Notes: a model not told the origin generated them from the sequence alone. 64,000 bases of DNA from Spirochaetia bacterium (GCA_034520965.1 JAXHMY010000001.1:1024001-1088000), one strand, 5' to 3'; shown: positions 1 to 10,692, numbered from the stretch's first letter. Translations and numbers: made by a program.

Positions 1-412
1 GGTTGATTGCCAGCCCAAAGGGAATCATCCACACCGCCACCTGGGGCGGGTTCCATATGAAAAACAGGGGAATCAGCGCGATAATCACCCAATGCACCAG
101 CTCGGCCCGGCAGGTCTCCAGAATAAAGCGTTTCAGATACAGCTCATCCACCCCATGGATACTCACCCGTTTCTTGTGAAAACCATCCGGGAAGATACCT
201 GCTCCGTCGGGCAGCAGCTCTTTCCAGCGTTTTATTCCAAGGGACATATACACCCGGCCTCCCCGCTCCCACGGACGGGACCGATACAAAAAGCCATTCT
301 CCCGAAACAGCCGCAGGGGCAGCTTCTGAATGACCGCTCCGGGTATAAATATCGCTAAAAACCAGGCAATGGAATTTAGCACAATAATCCACAGCAGTTC
401 ATTTCCTATCAT
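1..412 (-). CDS. crtO: Glycosyl-4,4'-diaponeurosporenoate acyltransferase-like protein (CrtO family), runs off the window edge
   Basis: Not in the ORF track. Hand translation from ATG 412 (ATGA overlap with the upstream stop) gives MIGNELLWIIVLNSIAWF...WERGGRVYMSLGIKRWKELLPDG...RFILETCRAELVHW; IKxWKxxLPDG and ETxRAELxHW are CrtO-type motifs. Confidence 0.75.
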   Translation of the reverse strand, partial: MIGNELLWIIVLNSIAWFLAIFIPGAVIQKLPLRLFRENGFLYRSRPWERGGRVYMSLGIKRWKELLPDGAGIFPDGFHKKRVSIHGVDELYLKRFILETCRAELVHWVIIALIPLFFIWNPPQVAVWMIPFGLAIN

Positions 413-1611
413 TTTTGTGCCTTTCGTTTCTTTACTTTTTTTTTAGCCCGCTCAATCTTAATGCTGCGGCCCTTCCAGGAGACACTGCCGAACAAGCGGG
501 TTCTGATAATCGAATATACAAACACTCCCACAAAAAACAGAAACTCCAGCGGAAACAGCAGCGCCGAGAGCAGGGAGAAGCTGCCCACCCGCCGCAGCTG
601 CACCCACACCTGGGCGGTATACAGCCCGTAGACCGCCACCACAAGCACTGCCGACCACCAAGTCCCGGCGGTCGACAACGCTCCAAGGGCAGTGGAAGCC
701 CCGCCTACGGCTAAAGCCCACACGGCAAGGCTTACATTACTGATGCCGGTAAACCAGATCACCAATAGCAGGATACTGCGCAGCTTCGACAGGGAGGCAC
801 CCATGGCCATGTTCTTGGTCCAGCCCTCCACCAGGCTGGCCGGGCCGCCGGGATACATACGAAAGGAAATTACCCCCCGCCCGCCAAAGCAGTGCACCCC
901 CAGCCCCCGGCGCCGGTACAGCCCGCACAAAGCCAGGTCGTCCACCACCTGCCCGCGAACCGCCCCATGGCCGCCCACCGCCTCGTAGTCCCGCCGGTCG
1001 GTCAAAATGCAGGGGCCGAAGCAGCCGTCGGCCAGCCCCGGCTTACTCCAAAAGTCAAAAGCCCCGGAGCCGACCATTACTATCAAATTAAAAAAACCGC
1101 TCAGCTGCTCATACAGCTTGTGTACCCGATGATACGGCTGCACCGACAACATGCCCCCCCGCTCCAGCTGCTCGGAGGCCAGCTGCTCCAGGGCATCCGG
1201 CGCCTCCAGTCGGGTATCGGCATCGAGAAACAGAATCCGCCGTCCCCGCGCCTGCACAACCCCGCAACGGCAACTCCAGTTCTTTCCCGTCCAGCCCTCC
1301 GGCCGCTGCTCCGCCGCAACCACCCGCACCCCCGCCGCCGCATAGCCCCGGGCAATCTCGGCCGTGGCGTCAGTAGACTGGTCGTCCACCACTATAACTT
1401 CCCCCGGCCGGCTCCACTGCCCCACTATCGACTCCAGCAGTACCCCGATATTTCCTGCCTCGTTCCGCGCGGGTATCACAATCGACACATCCTCCGCCCC
1501 CCGGCCGCCCCGGTTCACCGGTGGAATTCGCCACAACAGCAGAAAGCCGGCTATCCAATAGACAATTGCCGACCAAGAAAATAACTGCTGCAATGATGCG
1601 AAATATTCCAT
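409..1611 (-). CDS. crtQ: Family 2 glycosyltransferase, CrtQ-like
   Basis: SIVIPARNE, VVDDQSTD, GWTGKNW, FLDAD, FRMY, EGWTKN motifs; C-terminal TM helices; coupled to the crtO-like gene. Confidence 0.8.
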   Translation of the reverse strand: MEYFASLQQLFSWSAIVYWIAGFLLLWRIPPVNRGGRGAEDVSIVIPARNEAGNIGVLLESIVGQWSRPGEVIVVDDQSTDATAEIARGYAAAGVRVVAAEQRPEGWTGKNWSCRCGVVQARGRRILFLDADTRLEAPDALEQLASEQLERGGMLSVQPYHRVHKLYEQLSGFFNLIVMVGSGAFDFWSKPGLADGCFGPCILTDRRDYEAVGGHGAVRGQVVDDLALCGLYRRRGLGVHCFGGRGVISFRMYPGGPASLVEGWTKNMAMGASLSKLRSILLLVIWFTGISNVSLAVWALAVGGASTALGALSTAGTWWSAVLVVAVYGLYTAQVWVQLRRVGSFSLLSALLFPLEFLFFVGVFVYSIIRTRLFGSVSWKGRSIKIERAKKKVKKRKAQK

Positions 1612-1642
1612 AATTATTTATACTATGCCATGGGAGACCTAT

Positions 1643-2350
1643 ATGCAAAAGATATCACTGTTTTTCATTTTTCTTTTTATGCAAATGCTCTTAATGAGCC
1701 CTGTGCTGTTTTCCCAAAGCAGCCCGGGCATCCCGCAAGTAAACCATCGATACTGCCTTACTTATCTGTTGGCTCCGGATGAGCAGCCCCTGGAGCGGGA
1801 GATAGAACGCCTCGAGGCGGCCATCGAAAAAGTCTCCCCGGAGCTTGCGCCGGAAGAGCTCGACCACCTTAGATACGCCGCCGGGGTCCTGCACAGCTAC
1901 CGCTACATCCGGCTGGAAGAAAAGCAGGACGCCTACCGAGCTGTTGAGCTGTTAGAGGCGACGGAGGAACGCTTTGCCCGGCGGAACCTGTTTACGGTGC
2001 ATCTGGGAATGGCCCACGCCTTCGTGGCCAGTATAAGAACCATCTTTGGGGTATCCAACCTCAAAACCATGGAAGAGCAGCTGCAGTCGATCCCGGAGAA
2101 CCACTCGGACTGGCTGATTCGCTTCCTGCGCGGAACCACCTCGCTGCAGGTCGGCCGGGCCCTCCCCGGAGTCTTCACCATCAAAGATATCAAGGAGAAG
2201 GCCGTACAGGTCGGCAGTGAGGATCTGCGCTATGTCCTGGAGGTCTACCGGCAGGAAGGGGTTCCCGGTTTCGATCCGGAGAGCTACGACTTCAGCCGCA
2301 TGCCGGTTCCCCGGCCAATAGCCGAGAAAGCCCGCAGCGTACTGAATTAG
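1643..2350 (+). CDS. Hypothetical exported helical (TPR-like) protein
   Basis: GGGAG SD before ATG 1643; signal-peptide-like N-terminus; divergent from crtQ. Confidence 0.7.
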   Translation: MQKISLFFIFLFMQMLLMSPVLFSQSSPGIPQVNHRYCLTYLLAPDEQPLEREIERLEAAIEKVSPELAPEELDHLRYAAGVLHSYRYIRLEEKQDAYRAVELLEATEERFARRNLFTVHLGMAHAFVASIRTIFGVSNLKTMEEQLQSIPENHSDWLIRFLRGTTSLQVGRALPGVFTIKDIKEKAVQVGSEDLRYVLEVYRQEGVPGFDPESYDFSRMPVPRPIAEKARSVLN

Positions 2351-2357
2351 GCAACTG

Positions 2358-4013
2358 TTACTTCCACTCCAGCACGCTGGAGTCATAGTCCTCGGGGGGC
2401 TGATACCCAAGCAGTTCAATGCAGGTAGCGGCCAGCGATGAAATTCCCAGTCCGCTGCGCAGGGTTTTTGTGTACTCCCCCTTGTACTGTGGATCGTACA
2501 CAATACAGGGAACCGGGTTCAGGGAGTGGCTGGTTTTAGCCTCGGGCTTGCCGTTGGCCTTTATCTTGATATTTCCGCTTTTGTCACGGGCATACATGTC
2601 GTCGGAGTTGCCGTGGTCGGCACTCACCACCATCACGCCCCCCGCCTTTTCTACCGCGGTTTTAATGCGGGCCAGGGAAAGGTCCAGGGCCGACATAGCA
2701 CAGAGCACCGCCTCGTAAATACCGGTATGTCCAACCATATCGCCATTGGGGTAGTTAAACTTTATAAACTCATATTCCCCGCTGTTGATAGCCTCAATCA
2801 CCTTATCGGTCACTTCGGCCGCTTTCATCCAGGGACGCTGTTCAAAGGGCACATTATCCGACTTCACCTCTTCGTAGATCTCCAGTTCGTCACTAAACTT
2901 GCCGGAGCGGTTGCCGTTGAAAAAGTAGGTTACATGGCCAAACTTCTGTGTCTCGCTTACCGAATACTGCCTTACCCCACTGTTCACCAGGTACTCGGCC
3001 ATGGTCCGCTCGATGGAAGGGGGCGGCACCAAAAACTGCTTCGGGATATGCAGGTCCCCGTCATACTCCATAATTCCGGCGTACTCCACCTTCGGCATGC
3101 GCTTACGGTCAAACCTGTCGAACTCATCCCCCGCCTCAAAGGCTTGGGTAATTTCCAGGGCCCGGTCGCCGCGAAAGTTAAACAGAATAAAACTGTCCCC
3201 GTCTTCGACGGTTCCTACCGGCTTGCCGTCTTCTCCGGCAATTACAAAGGGGGGCAGGTCCTGGTCAATCGCTTCAGTCTCCTTGCGCAGGGTTTCAATC
3301 GCCTCGTGGGTACTGGAAAAACTGCGCCCCTCTCCCAGCACATGGGTCTCCCAGCCCCGCTTAACCATATCCCAGTTGGCGTTGTAACGGTCCATAGTTA
3401 TCTGCATCCGTCCGCCTCCGGAGGCGATCCGGGCATCGAAGGAATCGTCGGAAACCTCCTGCAGGAACTCCTCAAAGGGGTCGAAATACTCAAGCGCCGA
3501 GGTCTCACCCACATCCCTGCCGTCCAACAGGCCGTGGATCCGTACCCGGGCCACTCCCTCCTGTTTGGTCCGGCTCACAAGGGCCTTCAGATGATCAAGA
3601 TTGGAGTGCACATTCCCGTCCGACATCAGACCCAGAAAATGCATTGTCCCCTTCGCCTCTTTTACCTTGGCTACCAGCTTTTTCCACACTTCGCCGTCGA
3701 AAATTGACCCGTCCTTAATAGCCTGGTTTACCCGTTTGGCTCCCTGGGCGTAGACACGACCGCAGCCGATGGCATTATGACCGACCTCGCTATTGCCCAT
3801 ATCACCGTCGTCGGGCAGGCCCACTGCGGTTCCATGGGCCTTCAGACTGGTGGTTGGCCAGTTTTCTTTCAGCTCATCGAGGGTCTCTGTGCGGGCCTCG
3901 GCAGCCCCGTCGCCCTCTTTATATTTCCCAATTCCAACACCATCCATAATCGCCAGCACAACCGGCCCGCGACGGGCTGTAAAGTTTGTCTTCTTTTTTA
4001 GTGGTTCTTTCAT
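2358..4013 (-). CDS. gpmI: 2,3-bisphosphoglycerate-independent phosphoglycerate mutase
   Basis: IMDGVG, MGNSEVGH, SDGNVHS, DGRD, MDRY, ETQKFGHVT, DMVGHTG, SADHGN motifs. Confidence 0.97.
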   Translation of the reverse strand: MKEPLKKKTNFTARRGPVVLAIMDGVGIGKYKEGDGAAEARTETLDELKENWPTTSLKAHGTAVGLPDDGDMGNSEVGHNAIGCGRVYAQGAKRVNQAIKDGSIFDGEVWKKLVAKVKEAKGTMHFLGLMSDGNVHSNLDHLKALVSRTKQEGVARVRIHGLLDGRDVGETSALEYFDPFEEFLQEVSDDSFDARIASGGGRMQITMDRYNANWDMVKRGWETHVLGEGRSFSSTHEAIETLRKETEAIDQDLPPFVIAGEDGKPVGTVEDGDSFILFNFRGDRALEITQAFEAGDEFDRFDRKRMPKVEYAGIMEYDGDLHIPKQFLVPPPSIERTMAEYLVNSGVRQYSVSETQKFGHVTYFFNGNRSGKFSDELEIYEEVKSDNVPFEQRPWMKAAEVTDKVIEAINSGEYEFIKFNYPNGDMVGHTGIYEAVLCAMSALDLSLARIKTAVEKAGGVMVVSADHGNSDDMYARDKSGNIKIKANGKPEAKTSHSLNPVPCIVYDPQYKGEYTKTLRSGLGISSLAATCIELLGYQPPEDYDSSVLEWK

Positions 4014-4025
4014 ACTCTTCTCCTC

Positions 4026-4955
4026 TTATTTCAGGTAATCCTGTGAAAGTCCGAACCGCTCACGCTGCTCCTCGTTTCCGACAGGTTCAACATGCACATG
4101 TACATCATACACATTTTTTACATCCGAATGAATCCTATGCTGGACATCCATAGCAATCCGGTGGCCATCGGCCACACTGAGTCCTCCGTCAACTTCAATA
4201 TCCATATCGATCACATAACGGGTATTCATCTTCCTGATACGCATTTTGTGGGGGTTCTCTACCCCCTCCACCGCCAGGGCGGCGCGGCATACCTCCCGGT
4301 ACACATCACGATCATCCAACCCGTCCATCAGCTCCACATTGGTCTGCATGAAAATACCGTAGGCCACCCACATAATCCACAGCCCCACCGCTAAGCCCAG
4401 AAGGGTATCTACAATAGGCATGTGCAGCCTGATTGTAAAAAAAATCCCCAGCAGCGCAGCGCCGGAAATAAACACATCCATCTTCATGTTTTTCGCATCT
4501 GCAATCAGCATCGAGCTCTGCGCCTTCTTGCCGGCCCGCCCCTTCACCAGGGCCAGAATAATCTTGCCGACAATTGCTCCCAGGGCAACGAACATGGTAA
4601 GCGGAGAGGGGACAGTCCGGGGCTGCCCCGAAAGGAGATGCTGCACGGTAGAAAGGACCAGCTGGGCGCCCGCAAAAAAGATAATAAATGAAAGCAGTTT
4701 TGTTGCAATCGTTTCGGCCCGGCCGTGTCCGTAGGGGTGCTCCTCGTCCGGGGGGCGGTCGATTATTCTGCCGGTCAACAGAGTAACCAGGGAGGTAACT
4801 ACATCGCTTACCGTATCGATACCGGCACCAATCAAAACCAGCGAGTTGCCCCACAGTCCAACGCTAATTTTGAAGACGGCCATAATTCCATTGCCGATAA
4901 TACCAATCCACGATGCCCGGGCAATTATTTTAGAACGTGAGGTTTCTGCTTTCAT
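4026..4955 (-). CDS. Cation diffusion facilitator family transporter
   Basis: PPDEEHPYGHGRAE signature, about 6 TM helices, C-terminal VHVHVEP. Confidence 0.93.
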   Translation of the reverse strand: MKAETSRSKIIARASWIGIIGNGIMAVFKISVGLWGNSLVLIGAGIDTVSDVVTSLVTLLTGRIIDRPPDEEHPYGHGRAETIATKLLSFIIFFAGAQLVLSTVQHLLSGQPRTVPSPLTMFVALGAIVGKIILALVKGRAGKKAQSSMLIADAKNMKMDVFISGAALLGIFFTIRLHMPIVDTLLGLAVGLWIMWVAYGIFMQTNVELMDGLDDRDVYREVCRAALAVEGVENPHKMRIRKMNTRYVIDMDIEVDGGLSVADGHRIAMDVQHRIHSDVKNVYDVHVHVEPVGNEEQRERFGLSQDYLK

Positions 4956-5044
4956 ACCTGTAAATGTACTGATTCACACCGTTTTTGGGAACCAAAACTA
5001 GCGGATATTAAGCAGTTTCGGTTGCCGCGAAGGGGCATGCGAAA

Positions 5045-7375
5045 TTAACTCAGTTTTTTTATAATCAAATCAAGGGGAACTGCTTTACTGAAATGATATC
5101 CCTGCAGGGTAGAGCACTTTACATTGCGAAAGTAATCCCACTGCTGCCTGGTTTCAATCCCCTCTACCACCACATCTAAATCGAGGCTTTCGGCCAAGTT
5201 GGTAATGGTTCCCACAATTTTCTGATTATGAAGTTCGTTAATTTTAGCCACAAAGGAGATATCCACCTTCAAGCTATCCGCGGGCAACTTGGAAAGGTAG
5301 CTTAAAGAAGAGTATCCGGTGCCAAAATCATCGATTACCACACTCAAACCGGGACGCATCTCCTTCAGTTTTATAAGCTTGCCTATCGTCTCATCAGGAC
5401 TGCTCATTAAACTAAACTCGGTTATTTCAAGCTTGACCATGTGCGGGGGAATACCGCTTCGGTCTAATATCTTTACAACAGTCGAGACAAAAGTCTTTTC
5501 ACTCAGCTGAACCGGGGAAACATTGATAGACACATACAAACCTTTTCCATAAGTAACTTCCAGTTGCGCCATATCACTGCAGGCCCGCTCAAGCACCCAA
5601 TTTCCCAGGGGTACTATCAGTCCCTTTTCTTCGGCCACCGGAATAAAGCTTGAGGGGGGAATCTCGCCAAGCTCTGCATCAGTCCAGCGCAGCAGGGCCT
5701 CAACCCCCTTCAACTTCCCATCCAGATCCACCAGAGGCTGGTAATGAAGCTGAAACAGGCTGTTGTTCAGCGCATTCTTGATCCCCTGCTCAATTTTCAA
5801 CTGCATCGTAGCTTTTGACACTAATGAATCGTAGTACACGGTATAGCGGTTTTTACCTGAGTTCTTGGATTCATACATAGCCAGGTCGGCATTCTGAATA
5901 AGGGTTTGAGTATCTTTTCCATGGGCAGGAAAAAGGGCAATCCCAATGCTCACTCCGATGGTTACCATCGACGTCTCTGCTTTTGAGTCTTCCGTATGCA
6001 AATAGTAGGGGCTGCGGATGACAGAAAGAATTTTTTGGGCAACCACCACCGCATCCTTTTTCGCCTCAATTTGCGGCAGCATAATAACAAACTCATCACC
6101 GCCAAAGCGGTAGATCGAATCGCTCTCACGAAGGCAGCCCCGCAGACGTCCGGCGGTATTCAGCAGCAGCTCATCACCCACCTTATGGCCCAGGGAGTCG
6201 TTAATCTGCTTAAAGCCGTCGAGATCCAGAAACATCAGCGCCCCGTTCAGCATAGGATATTTTTCCAACTGATCCAGAACTTCCTGCATATCATGGTTGA
6301 ACAGTTCGCGATTACCCAAATTAGTCAGGCGGTCATGGTAGGCCAGTTTTCGCAACTGGCGTTCAATATTTTTACGCTGGGTGATATCACGAATAATACA
6401 GGTTAGGGTCCGCCCCTGAAAATCCGATGAATTGCCGAAGGACATCTCCATAGGTGACACTCCGCGGCTTTTATGCGTGCCCAGAACTTCGATACTGCGC
6501 TTCAGCCCTAGGGTACTCCGGTGCTCATCATCAACAATGAAGTACTTCTTAAACTCATCTTCATGGCGCTTAAAAATTTCAGGGGGAAACAGCATTCGAA
6601 AGTTCTGGCCCAGGAGCTCCTCTTTGGTATATCCGAAGGTACGTGTCACCGCACTGTTGGCAAACACAATCTGAAATTTCTCATTAATTCGGATAATCGC
6701 CTCGTTCACCGTTTCGGTAAGCACACTGTAATGCTTCTCCAGACGCTGCAGACGTTCAACAAGCCCCTGCTGATAGGTGATATCCCGCATCACCGCAGCT
6801 AGGGCTACTTCACCATCGCACCAGTAGGCATGGAACATAGATTCACAGGAGTGCAGGTCACCAAAGCCGTTTCGGCAACGCATCACCAGTGGGGAATCCT
6901 TGGTTTTTAGGGCTCCCCTGGTGAGGCTGTGTATACTATCTTCAAGCTTTTTCCGTACAACCTGCTGATACTCGGGAACCACAATGGACATCAGCTCCTT
7001 TGCCTGCAGCTCTTGCAGAGAAAAACCAAATTGATCCGCCCAGGCGGTGTTAATCCACTTAAACTCCCCTTGAGAGGACAATACCGCTACCGACTCCTCC
7101 GATTCATCTAGAGAGGAATAAAAATCCCGATGGCTATCGGAGTTTGAGATAAAAACGTAGCCGTGCTCTTTAAAAATGCGAGACAGCTTCTCTGAAATGA
7201 GATTCCGGGCTTGAAGAGGCTGTGCAGTGTAGAGGGCCTCGTCGGGAACTGTGTCTGTGTCAGGGTCAGTGTCGGTACCGGTAATAAGCCACCGCTCACC
7301 CTTCTGAAGTGATTTATAACGCCGAGTATCAAAATCGGCAGCTTTAAGCGAGTAATCCCGTTTGTCTTGTTTCAT
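5045..7375 (-). CDS. PAS-PAS-GGDEF-EAL diguanylate cyclase/phosphodiesterase
   Basis: Two PAS/PAC repeats; AYHDRLT; RESD I-site before GGDEF; EALLRW; DDFGTGYSS. Start moved to ATG 7375 to avoid overlap. Confidence 0.95.
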   Translation of the reverse strand: MKQDKRDYSLKAADFDTRRYKSLQKGERWLITGTDTDPDTDTVPDEALYTAQPLQARNLISEKLSRIFKEHGYVFISNSDSHRDFYSSLDESEESVAVLSSQGEFKWINTAWADQFGFSLQELQAKELMSIVVPEYQQVVRKKLEDSIHSLTRGALKTKDSPLVMRCRNGFGDLHSCESMFHAYWCDGEVALAAVMRDITYQQGLVERLQRLEKHYSVLTETVNEAIIRINEKFQIVFANSAVTRTFGYTKEELLGQNFRMLFPPEIFKRHEDEFKKYFIVDDEHRSTLGLKRSIEVLGTHKSRGVSPMEMSFGNSSDFQGRTLTCIIRDITQRKNIERQLRKLAYHDRLTNLGNRELFNHDMQEVLDQLEKYPMLNGALMFLDLDGFKQINDSLGHKVGDELLLNTAGRLRGCLRESDSIYRFGGDEFVIMLPQIEAKKDAVVVAQKILSVIRSPYYLHTEDSKAETSMVTIGVSIGIALFPAHGKDTQTLIQNADLAMYESKNSGKNRYTVYYDSLVSKATMQLKIEQGIKNALNNSLFQLHYQPLVDLDGKLKGVEALLRWTDAELGEIPPSSFIPVAEEKGLIVPLGNWVLERACSDMAQLEVTYGKGLYVSINVSPVQLSEKTFVSTVVKILDRSGIPPHMVKLEITEFSLMSSPDETIGKLIKLKEMRPGLSVVIDDFGTGYSSLSYLSKLPADSLKVDISFVAKINELHNQKIVGTITNLAESLDLDVVVEGIETRQQWDYFRNVKCSTLQGYHFSKAVPLDLIIKKLS

Positions 7376-7434
7376 TCCATCCGCATTATAACATACTTTT
7401 TTCGTCAAAAAAAAACACCTGTTTTTTAACCCGT

Positions 7435-9222
7435 TTAGGAGATTACTGCAGTCTGCTGCTCCAGCCACCGGCGCTCTTCAGCCTTCAGCTCGGGAGACAG
7501 AAGCGTATACACTTTGTGGTGATAGTCATTTACCCACTGCAGCTGTTCCGGGCTCAACATTGTCGGTTCGATTAATCGGGGCTCAAGGGGACACAGAGTC
7601 AAGGTTTCAAAACCGTAAAAGCGTCCGAAGGGAGTTTCAAACTGCTCGCCCGTGAGTATGAGGTTCTCAATCCGAATACCATAGGCATTCTCGCGGTACA
7701 GCCCAGGCTCATTAGAGTTGAACATTCCGGGTTTCAAAACTGCATCAATCAGCCGTGAACTGATACTCTGGGGCCCTTCGTGCACATTCAGAAAACAGCC
7801 CACCCCATGTCCGGTCCCGTGGGTATAGTTCAGCCCCCGGCTCCACATTGAGTACTTGGCAAGAGTTTCAAGCTGAACTCCACGGGTGCCCTGCGGAAAG
7901 CGCGCCATAGCCAAATTGATATGGCTCTTCAGCACATTGGTATAATCCTCCCGCTGCTGCGCCGTTGCTTCACCCAGGCACACAGTGCGGGTGATGTCGG
8001 TAGTCCCATCCAGATAGTGTGCCCCGGAGTCAATTAACAGCAGCCCATCCCCGTCCAGCTCGTAGGCCGTACTTTCATTTGCGCTGTAATGAATTACCGC
8101 TCCATGATCACGGAAACCGACAATCGGATGAAAACTCTCTCCCATAAACCCGGGCTGCCGGCTGCGGAACTGGGGTAAGGCCTCTCCCACGGACACCTCA
8201 TTCAGGCGGCCCCTCTCCCAACTGTGCATCAGCCAGTATAAAAACTGCACCATGGCAACGCCGTCTTTTACCATCGCATTCCGAATACCCTCTATTTCAA
8301 CAGAACTCTTCACCGCCTTCATTTCGGTGGTGATATCGTTTTTCTCTACCGGCCGGGCATACCATCGCACCTGCTCGGCCAGGGCATAACTGACAGTGGA
8401 AGGATCGTACAGCACCCGCTCGTCGGGGCGAACCGTACTCTGTATGAGCTCCTCCACCTTTTTATACGGGGCAATCTTAACACCCTCTTCCTCAAGCAGA
8501 GAGGTCAGCTCCTCGGAGAGCTTGCCCCGGTCAACACAGAGATGCACCCCTCCCTTCCCGATCAGGGCGTAACTTAAAAAGAGGGGGTTGTACTTAATAT
8601 CATCCCCCCGCAGGTTAAACAGCCAGGCAATATCGGATAATGAGGAGAGCAGCTGGTAATCCGCTTTTAACTCCTGGAGATGCTGTTGGAGCTGCTCTAT
8701 TTTCTCCTGTCGCGACCGGCCGGCGTAACGCAGATCGTGCTGATATATATCTTCCTCCGGCAGCCCCGGACGCCCATCCCATATTCGGTCGAGCAGGTCC
8801 TCCGAAGCGTGGAGTTCCAGCCCGTAGACCCCCAGCTGCTGCTGGAAACTGCGGTACAGCTGGGCCGAAATAGTCCAGCCGTCGGCCCCGACTACCGCCT
8901 CCCGGGGCAGTTCCTGTCCCAGCCACTCACAGATTCCCGGAACATCCGCCTCTCCCTGCCGAAACAGTGCTATTCCACTGCCGTCAAGCTCCCCGGCAGC
9001 CTGCACATAGTAGCGCGAATCGGTCCACAACCCGGCCTTCTCGCGGGTACACACAAAGGTTCCCGCAGAACCGGAAAAGCCGCTTATCCATGCCCTATCG
9101 CGCCAGCGCTCGGCTACATATTCGCTCATATGTGGATCTGTGCCGAAGATGAGATACGCCTCAATCTGTCCTGCAGCCATCTCCTTCCGCAGGGCGGCCA
9201 GTCGTTCCGGTATCGAACTCAT
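7435..9222 (-). CDS. Aminopeptidase P family protein (M24)
   Basis: DPHMSEY, WTDSRY, DSGAHYLDGTTDITRT, HGTGHGVG, HEGP, NEPG, RIEN motifs; ATG 9222 overlaps the upstream stop. Confidence 0.95.
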   Translation of the reverse strand: MSSIPERLAALRKEMAAGQIEAYLIFGTDPHMSEYVAERWRDRAWISGFSGSAGTFVCTREKAGLWTDSRYYVQAAGELDGSGIALFRQGEADVPGICEWLGQELPREAVVGADGWTISAQLYRSFQQQLGVYGLELHASEDLLDRIWDGRPGLPEEDIYQHDLRYAGRSRQEKIEQLQQHLQELKADYQLLSSLSDIAWLFNLRGDDIKYNPLFLSYALIGKGGVHLCVDRGKLSEELTSLLEEEGVKIAPYKKVEELIQSTVRPDERVLYDPSTVSYALAEQVRWYARPVEKNDITTEMKAVKSSVEIEGIRNAMVKDGVAMVQFLYWLMHSWERGRLNEVSVGEALPQFRSRQPGFMGESFHPIVGFRDHGAVIHYSANESTAYELDGDGLLLIDSGAHYLDGTTDITRTVCLGEATAQQREDYTNVLKSHINLAMARFPQGTRGVQLETLAKYSMWSRGLNYTHGTGHGVGCFLNVHEGPQSISSRLIDAVLKPGMFNSNEPGLYRENAYGIRIENLILTGEQFETPFGRFYGFETLTLCPLEPRLIEPTMLSPEQLQWVNDYHHKVYTLLSPELKAEERRWLEQQTAVIS

Positions 9223-9719
9223 GTATTTCCTCCATAGTGTGTGTCTACCAGCTGCAGCACCCGTGCCACAATCGGGCAGATGGCGGCATTCTTCAAGGTT
9301 TTCGAAAACAGCTGATACACATTTTTTTGGTCGGTATGCGGATATTCCCGGCACGCCTTCGGTCGATCCTCGTATACCCCACAATAATTATCATTCCCCA
9401 AAAAGGGGCAGGGCATACTTTTGAACACCCAGTCAGAATCCTCATCCTTCCGCAGATAGCGCCGGGTAAACTCGGAAGCCCTCATCCGAAGCACAGGGGC
9501 CAAACGGTCAATATCGCGTTCCAGCACCCGCGGTCCTGTGGTCACACAGCAGTTTGCACAGCGCAGGCAGTCTATCTCTTCAAAGGCTCGGGCATGGGCC
9601 TCCTGAAACACCACGTCTAAATCGCGGGGCGGCCTCTTTTTCAGCCTGGCCAGGCGTTTTTTATACCGTTTCAGGTTTCCCGTAACCGCTGCCGACAGTT
9701 CCCGGTAGCGGGGGTCCAT
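9219..9719 (-). CDS. YkgJ family cysteine-cluster protein
   Basis: CLRCANCC, PCPFLGNDNYCGVYEDRPKACREYPH; GGAGG SD before ATG 9719. Confidence 0.9.
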   Translation of the reverse strand: MDPRYRELSAAVTGNLKRYKKRLARLKKRPPRDLDVVFQEAHARAFEEIDCLRCANCCVTTGPRVLERDIDRLAPVLRMRASEFTRRYLRKDEDSDWVFKSMPCPFLGNDNYCGVYEDRPKACREYPHTDQKNVYQLFSKTLKNAAICPIVARVLQLVDTHYGGNT

Positions 9720-9780
9720 CCGTCCTCCATCCAACATACATCCACTATAGCCTATTCTGCAGGGCCGCAAAAGCCCTCGT

Positions 9781-10602
9781 TTACAAGCGGTGGCGCTCCA
9801 TCCAATGAACCGCAAAATCGACACACAGGCGCTGACGAAACAGGCGGGCGGTTCCCGCACCTACCTTCCCTTTGACTATGTCGTGGGAGTGCTTTTTTTC
9901 AAACCCATGACCGATCGTTTCGAAATCCTCCGAGTTAATATTTATATCCTTGAACCATTTCCAGCGCCGGTGGCCCTCCACCATGATCGGAGCCCCGGTA
10001 TCTACTTCCTTTTTTTTCGGAAAAGCGGCCCGGTACTCCGCCAGATGAAAGGAGGTATTGCTCTGGTAACCGGCCCCCAACAGCAGCACGTATCCGTCAC
10101 GGCTGTAGAGCCTGCCGAGGGGCGAGGTATCGCCCAAAGCAAAATCCGGCGGATGCTCACATAGCAGCTCCTGGGCCCCCTCGCCCCAGGCGGAAAAGGA
10201 GAGCTGCGGGTGGGCACTGCGCAGAACCCCCGGATATGTCCTGAACAGCTCCGCCACCAGCCCGATACCGCGGGTCGGAGTCAGTTCCGGGTCATACGCA
10301 GGCATTGAAGCTCGAATAGTCTCCCACCACCCCTTCGGCACCGGCGGGTTCTGCCAGCCCGCCGGATCGGAGACATCCCCGGAGTGGGCCGGCATCATCA
10401 GGGTTCCCCACGGGCGGATCACTGCTTGCAGTGCCTCGATAAGAGCACGGGCACCGCCGCACACCCAGCCAAGGGAGGAAAGGGAGGAGTGCACCAGCAA
10501 GGTACTCCCCGGTTCAATTCCAAGCTCCATGAAATCGGCCTCCAAACCGGCCTGGGTAACCGGTCTGTCACCGGTACGGTCTATCAACTCTTTTTCGCCC
10601 AT
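9781..10602 (-). CDS. AAC(3)-family (YokD-like) N-acetyltransferase
   Basis: LVHSSLSSLGWVCGG, GTLMMP, RSAHPQLSF, NTSFHLAE motifs. Confidence 0.9.
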   Translation of the reverse strand: MGEKELIDRTGDRPVTQAGLEADFMELGIEPGSTLLVHSSLSSLGWVCGGARALIEALQAVIRPWGTLMMPAHSGDVSDPAGWQNPPVPKGWWETIRASMPAYDPELTPTRGIGLVAELFRTYPGVLRSAHPQLSFSAWGEGAQELLCEHPPDFALGDTSPLGRLYSRDGYVLLLGAGYQSNTSFHLAEYRAAFPKKKEVDTGAPIMVEGHRRWKWFKDININSEDFETIGHGFEKKHSHDIVKGKVGAGTARLFRQRLCVDFAVHWMERHRL

Positions 10603-10692
10603 AGTTAAAGCATAACACATTTCAAATTGCTGTGCCGGCAATTATTCCTGTACTCACTTGCCTAAGCGGCTAAAGATAACTAATTTAGTAAT

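Noticed and set aside
144..392. 82-aa minus-strand ORF from the track
   Set aside because: Wrong frame; the frame from 412 carries the CrtO-type motifs.
9781..10602. AAC(3) as an acquired aminoglycoside-resistance gene
   Set aside because: No mobile context; chromosomal YokD-like homologs are common and the substrate cannot be inferred.
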